Below, piece after piece: positions 30,592 through 34,783 of a DNA stretch of 34,783 bases (position 1 is its first letter; every line of letters starts with the position of its first letter). Source of the stretch: an uncultured delta proteobacterium (GTDB taxonomy: Bacteria > Desulfobacterota > Binatia > Bin18); NCBI GenBank assembly GCA_963733195.1, contig CAVTCR010000036.1, positions 1-34,783 on the forward strand. Reading direction: 5' to 3'. The notes beneath the pieces are model-generated. The model saw nothing but the letters and a program-made list of their open reading frames with translations. It did no database searches and was not told the DNA's origin. A program made the position numbers and the translations under genes.

Positions 30592-30690
30592 GCGATCATC
30601 TCCCAACCCCAGAGGCTGCGCAGAACAGCGGGCCTCTCCCTCCGAGGCGCTGGTGAACAACGAGCAGCAGCGCCTCGCCCCCCACTTTTA
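30592..30690 (+). ncRNA. Candidate ~100-nt small RNA
   Basis: Starts behind the promoter above; stems AGAGGC/GCCTCT and CGAGGCGCTG/CAGCGCCTCG, then CCCCCCACTTTT. Confidence 0.4.
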
Positions 30691-30712
30691 GGTGCCCCAT
30701 GATTCTCCAACA

Positions 30713-30756
30713 TGTCACCATGCTGCAACGCGCGCGTCATATCGTCCCCGTATGAA
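30713..30756 (+). promoter_or_regulatory. Pho-box-like promoter of phoX
   Basis: TGTCAC 30713, TGCAAC 30724, CGTCAT 30735, then 10 bp and TATGAA. Confidence 0.6.
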
Positions 30757-30831
30757 TAGTCGTCACCCTCATGATAGTGAGGAAAATTTCCCTCGGCGGT
30801 CCGCCTTACGGTGATGCAGAAAGGAGTCCGT

Positions 30832-33027
30832 ATGAAGTTTGCCAGTACGGTACTGGCTGTGACGCTGACGAATGTCGTACTCACTGGTTGTCTCGCAAGG
30901 GAAGGGCAAAGCCAAGTGGATACGGGAGCGCCGCTTTCTTCTTTGGTTGCGATTGGCCAGGAAAAAGGTGGCGACGTCACTAAGTTTGTCAAAAAGAAAG
31001 TCGATGATTTTGCCTTTGGCGATCTCGACGGTTTTCCGTTTCCGCTCGAACCAGGCGTCTCTCCTGAATCGGTACGCACGCTCAAGGGACTGCGCAGTAA
31101 TGTGGTGGTCAAGTGGTTTGATCCGCTAACCAGTGATACCTCGGCGAATGCTCCCCGTTACGGGGCGAACAACGATTATGTTGCCTACTTTGGCGACGGC
31201 TGGGACAAGAACTGGGAAGGCAGTGATATCCCGGGAAGTGCACCGCAGTTCAATGGCAGTGGGAAGGCTGGCTGGATCTGGGTGAATAACGAATACGTGT
31301 CAAACGATCTGCCGACAGCGACGAGTGCGCCGACCGGTCAATTCCTCTCGCTGGGAAAACACTTGTTTGGCCTCGGCATTCTCAACAACGATGTCACTGC
31401 TGATATCTGGAGTCAGGAGGATCTCGACACCTTTATTCGAAACTACAAAAAGGAGCTGGGCGGTTCGTGGTTCAAAATCACCAAAGACTCTTCAGGCAAC
31501 TGGAGTGTCGATCGCAGCGCGACAGCAGTGCGCTACGATTCCACCAGCAACACGTTGTCGCGTATCACTAGTTACAGTTCGTATCTCCCAGACCAGGATG
31601 ACACCGGCAATCCATTGCCCAATGGCGTCGTCGCTGGTATCGCCGGTGACTGTTCAGGAGCACAGACACCATGGGGGACAATCATCACTGGGGAAGAGAA
31701 CGTGCAAGATTATTACGGCGATCTCGAAACCGCCTGGGATAGTAACCAGAAGTTTGTTGCCGGGAAAGGATTCGACCCGGGAAGCAACATCAATCCACCG
31801 TATGAAGCGAGTACTGCCGCCCAGTTCGGGCGACTGTCTGACCCGAACGAGCGACACAATCGTGACACTCTCGGCTACCTTGTTGAAATCGACCCTGGCA
31901 TTGCCGCAAACAAATTCTACACAAGTGTGAAAGCGAACGGTGACGGCAAAGGGCACCGGAAACTAGGAGTACTTGGTCGCGCCCGTTGGGAAAACGCAAC
32001 GTTCGTTGTCGACGAGAACTGGGAACTCATTCCAGATCAACCGATCGTCATCTATGCAGGCAATGATCGTCGCAGTGGACGGCTCTATAAGTTCGTTAGT
32101 AAAGAGCTGTACCGCGAAGGTATGAGCAGAGGCGAGATTCGCGCGCTGCTTGATGAGGGGACGCTCTATGTTGCTCACTTTGCTGGTTTGGATAACAAGA
32201 CCGGCAACACTATTCTCTCTGGTAGTACCTCGGTCGCACCGACCGAAACCGCTCCTGGAAGAGGGCAGTGGATTCACCTCAGCGTGAATAGCAAAGATGT
32301 CGCACCCAACGCCTCTGCCCTTGGTACCGCCGGTAAAACAGTTGGTGACGCTTTGAAGGATCTCAATTGGAATGGGATCGGCGGTTTCCCCACTGACGAT
32401 GATGTGCGGCGCGCGTTGTTTACTGCTGAAGCAAAAATCGGCGTGGCGGAATTGAACCGGCCAGAAGATTTGGAATGGAACCCTAAAGGCCCGAATGGAA
32501 TCCCACGCTTGTACATCGCCTTTACCAATCACACCGGCGGCACACAGCTTGACCAAAGTGGGAAGTTGCTCAAGACCGATGTAACTGATCGGCGCAACGA
32601 TGGCGATGGCGAAATCTGGGCGTTGCAAGAAGCCAGTCCCGACCACCCGGCCGGGTCGAAAAGCTTTACCTTCTTTCAGGTCGCAAAAGGAGCGAACGCC
32701 GGGAAAGATAACTTCGAGTTCGCCGCGCCGGATAACATCATGATCGACCGCAACGGCGGCGTATGGTTTGGGACCGACGGCAACTTCGGTCGTACCAGTA
32801 GCAAAGCCGCAGATTGCCTGTACTATCTCGATCTTGACCTGTCACATCGCGAAGGACCGATGCTGTTCAATGTAACGTATGGTAAGGCCTTCCGTGTCGC
32901 ATGTGTACCTAGCGACGCGGAAGTGACTGGTCCAGCGTTCAGCTCTGATCAGGAAACTATCTTCCTTTCCGTGCAACATCCAGGTGAAGATCCCCAAAAC
33001 GTTACCAGCTTCCCGCAACCACGATAG
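30832..33027 (+). CDS. phoX: PhoX-family (DUF839) alkaline phosphatase, predicted lipoprotein
   Basis: RBS AAGGAG; lipobox LTGC; GANNDY, WVNNEY, CSGAQTPWGTIITGEEN, LGRARWEN, LNRPEDLE, PDNI, AEVTGPAFS..FLSVQHPGE. Confidence 0.92.
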   Translation: MKFASTVLAVTLTNVVLTGCLAREGQSQVDTGAPLSSLVAIGQEKGGDVTKFVKKKVDDFAFGDLDGFPFPLEPGVSPESVRTLKGLRSNVVVKWFDPLTSDTSANAPRYGANNDYVAYFGDGWDKNWEGSDIPGSAPQFNGSGKAGWIWVNNEYVSNDLPTATSAPTGQFLSLGKHLFGLGILNNDVTADIWSQEDLDTFIRNYKKELGGSWFKITKDSSGNWSVDRSATAVRYDSTSNTLSRITSYSSYLPDQDDTGNPLPNGVVAGIAGDCSGAQTPWGTIITGEENVQDYYGDLETAWDSNQKFVAGKGFDPGSNINPPYEASTAAQFGRLSDPNERHNRDTLGYLVEIDPGIAANKFYTSVKANGDGKGHRKLGVLGRARWENATFVVDENWELIPDQPIVIYAGNDRRSGRLYKFVSKELYREGMSRGEIRALLDEGTLYVAHFAGLDNKTGNTILSGSTSVAPTETAPGRGQWIHLSVNSKDVAPNASALGTAGKTVGDALKDLNWNGIGGFPTDDDVRRALFTAEAKIGVAELNRPEDLEWNPKGPNGIPRLYIAFTNHTGGTQLDQSGKLLKTDVTDRRNDGDGEIWALQEASPDHPAGSKSFTFFQVAKGANAGKDNFEFAAPDNIMIDRNGGVWFGTDGNFGRTSSKAADCLYYLDLDLSHREGPMLFNVTYGKAFRVACVPSDAEVTGPAFSSDQETIFLSVQHPGEDPQNVTSFPQPR

Positions 33028-33050
33028 CGAGCACCTGGACAGACCAATTC

Positions 33051-33093
33051 CCGTCCCACCTTCCTGTACCGATAAGGCAAGAGGGTGGGGCGG
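33051..33093. other. Intergenic stem-loop after phoX
   Basis: CCGTCCCACC.. pairs with ..GGTGGGGCGG; no U-tract. Confidence 0.4.
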
Positions 33094-33121
33094 ACGAGAG
33101 CGTGTCTTTAGAAGAGTTTCG

Positions 33122-34783
33122 ATGATCTCCTTCAATCACAAATCTCCGGTCCTCCTCTTTTTGGTGTGGCCGCTGGTTTTCATAGCCTTCGGCTTCCTGC
33201 TAGTTATAACAATGGCAGAGTTGGGACGAGAATACGTGACCAACAGCGTGGCAGATAACGTCGCTCCCTACGACCCGCTTGCGATTGCTCATGAAAGCAT
33301 TGGGAAAACCGAAAACTTCGAGGCCGTCGTTCCTTCACAGTGCTACACCAAGACCGACGGGGTAGCAAATCCATGCTGGACCTGCCACACTCAGCCACAA
33401 GGAGAAAACTATCAGAGAGATTGGCACTTGCAGGAAGTATATTCATTTAGTGACTTTGCTCTCACCAATCGGTGGAAGAATCTCTTCGTCGATCGTTCCG
33501 CTACCATAGCGACGATCAGCGATGCGGAGACCCTTTCGTACATTCGCACCGACAACTATACGCCACTCCGCCTGGCTCTTACTGGACGACCTGGTTTTCC
33601 GGGGTATGTACCGGACCTCGACCTTACTCAAGGATTTGACGACGAAGGATTTGCCAAAGATGGTAGTGGTTGGCGAGCGATTCGCTACAAGCCCTTTCTT
33701 GGGACGTTCTGGCCCACTAATGGGAATACCGATGATGTGATGATCCGTCTGCCGCGTATCTTCCAAACGGATAGGCAGGGGAATATCTCCCGTGAGATCT
33801 ACAAAGTGAATCTTGCCCTCTTGGAAGCGGCTATTGCTGTTGCACCGACAACACCACCTGACAAACTAGACCGTCTTGTTGAGCCCGTGAGCGAGATCAC
33901 TGCTGGTGTTGACTTTGATGGGGATGGGCAACTGATCTCACAGGTGACACGTATTCGTAAACTGCCGACGCATTATCGAGGCGGTGCAAGCCCGATTGCG
34001 GTCAGTCGCTATCGCTACCCAGAGGGAACAGAATTTCTCCACACTGTGCGTTATATCGACCCGGAAAAACCGACACTATTGTCGGCACGCATGAAAGAAG
34101 TGCGCTACGCACGCAAAAGGATGTGGCTCGATGATTGGGCGCTCTTGCGCGCGTATGAAAAAGAACTGCTCGATAAAGAAGAGGGAAAGCTTCCGACATT
34201 CAAGGGATCACCGTTTGTTGGGTTGCAAAACGACTTTGGTTGGCAGTTGCAGGGTTTTATTGAAGACGCACAGGGGAGGTTACGACTCCAAACTGAAGAA
34301 GAGCACCGATTCTGTATGGGATGCCATAGCACGGTCGGGGTGACAGTCGATCAAACTTTCGCTTTTGCCCGCAAAGTGCCGGGGGTAGAAGGTTGGCGAC
34401 ATCAAGACCTGCGTGGCATTCGTGATGTCCCGCAAGCAGGACATGCCGCCCCAGAAATCCTCACCTATTTCCGTCGTGTAACCGGTGGTGATGAGTTCCG
34501 AGCAAATGAGGAGGTACTCCACCGCTTCTTTCCCTCTGGTATGCTCGATGAACCCACGGTGCGTCGTGCTGCTGCTGGCGGGGACCAAGATATCACTTTT
34601 CTCGTCGCACCTTCTCGTCAGCGGGCTCTGCAACTCAACAAAGCCTATATTGCACTTGTGCGGGAACAAACCTTTGCCCAGGGACGTGACACTCTGTTAG
34701 CTCCTCCGCGCAATGTACACGACAAGATCGATAATGGCTCGACTGACCTCGGAAAAAGCGGACGAGTCTATTTCGATGGGCAG
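33122..34783 (+). CDS. Membrane-anchored hypothetical protein with two CxxCH heme-binding motifs (3' end outside window)
   Basis: Open frame from ATG 33122 to the window end (missing from the ORF track because it has no stop). N-terminal TM; QCYTKT..NPCWTCH (33374-33388); DFDGDG; FCMGCH (34313-34327). Confidence 0.8.
   Translation, partial: MISFNHKSPVLLFLVWPLVFIAFGFLLVITMAELGREYVTNSVADNVAPYDPLAIAHESIGKTENFEAVVPSQCYTKTDGVANPCWTCHTQPQGENYQRDWHLQEVYSFSDFALTNRWKNLFVDRSATIATISDAETLSYIRTDNYTPLRLALTGRPGFPGYVPDLDLTQGFDDEGFAKDGSGWRAIRYKPFLGTFWPTNGNTDDVMIRLPRIFQTDRQGNISREIYKVNLALLEAAIAVAPTTPPDKLDRLVEPVSEITAGVDFDGDGQLISQVTRIRKLPTHYRGGASPIAVSRYRYPEGTEFLHTVRYIDPEKPTLLSARMKEVRYARKRMWLDDWALLRAYEKELLDKEEGKLPTFKGSPFVGLQNDFGWQLQGFIEDAQGRLRLQTEEEHRFCMGCHSTVGVTVDQTFAFARKVPGVEGWRHQDLRGIRDVPQAGHAAPEILTYFRRVTGGDEFRANEEVLHRFFPSGMLDEPTVRRAAAGGDQDITFLVAPSRQRALQLNKAYIALVREQTFAQGRDTLLAPPRNVHDKIDNGSTDLGKSGRVYFDGQ

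Overview
This 34.8-kb bacterial window reads almost end to end as a phosphate-starvation island. In order: an IS4-type element with perfect 18-bp terminal inverted repeats, abutting the 3' part of a probable Na/Pi cotransporter gene; pstS; terC; a phytase-like/alkaline phosphatase divergent from a glycerophosphodiester phosphodiesterase; gnd; a scar of xfp, ackA and groEL fragments with a decayed IS66; an arsenic block (arsR-arsC fusion, gap, arsJ, arsM); pgm; a lipid-remodelling cluster; ppk1-ppx; several very small genes and two ncRNA candidates; a lipoprotein PhoX; and a di-heme protein that runs off the right edge. About ten 11-bp-period TGTCAT-like (Pho-box-type) arrays lie upstream of these units, several followed exactly 10 bp later by a -10 hexamer. 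The best candidate for an undescribed system is the Pho-box-led operon at 18908-24521. It encodes a GT4 glycosyltransferase, a class-III aminotransferase fused to an Mpo1/DUF962-like membrane domain, a plant-PLMT-like N-methyltransferase and a PlcP-type phospholipase C. I infer it makes a phosphorus-free, N-methylated (betaine-type) lipid without BtaAB. Single-base frameshifts cluster in 1-6600 and 10400-14900 and are probably sequencing errors in most cases. All family calls come from motif recognition by eye; no database search was run.
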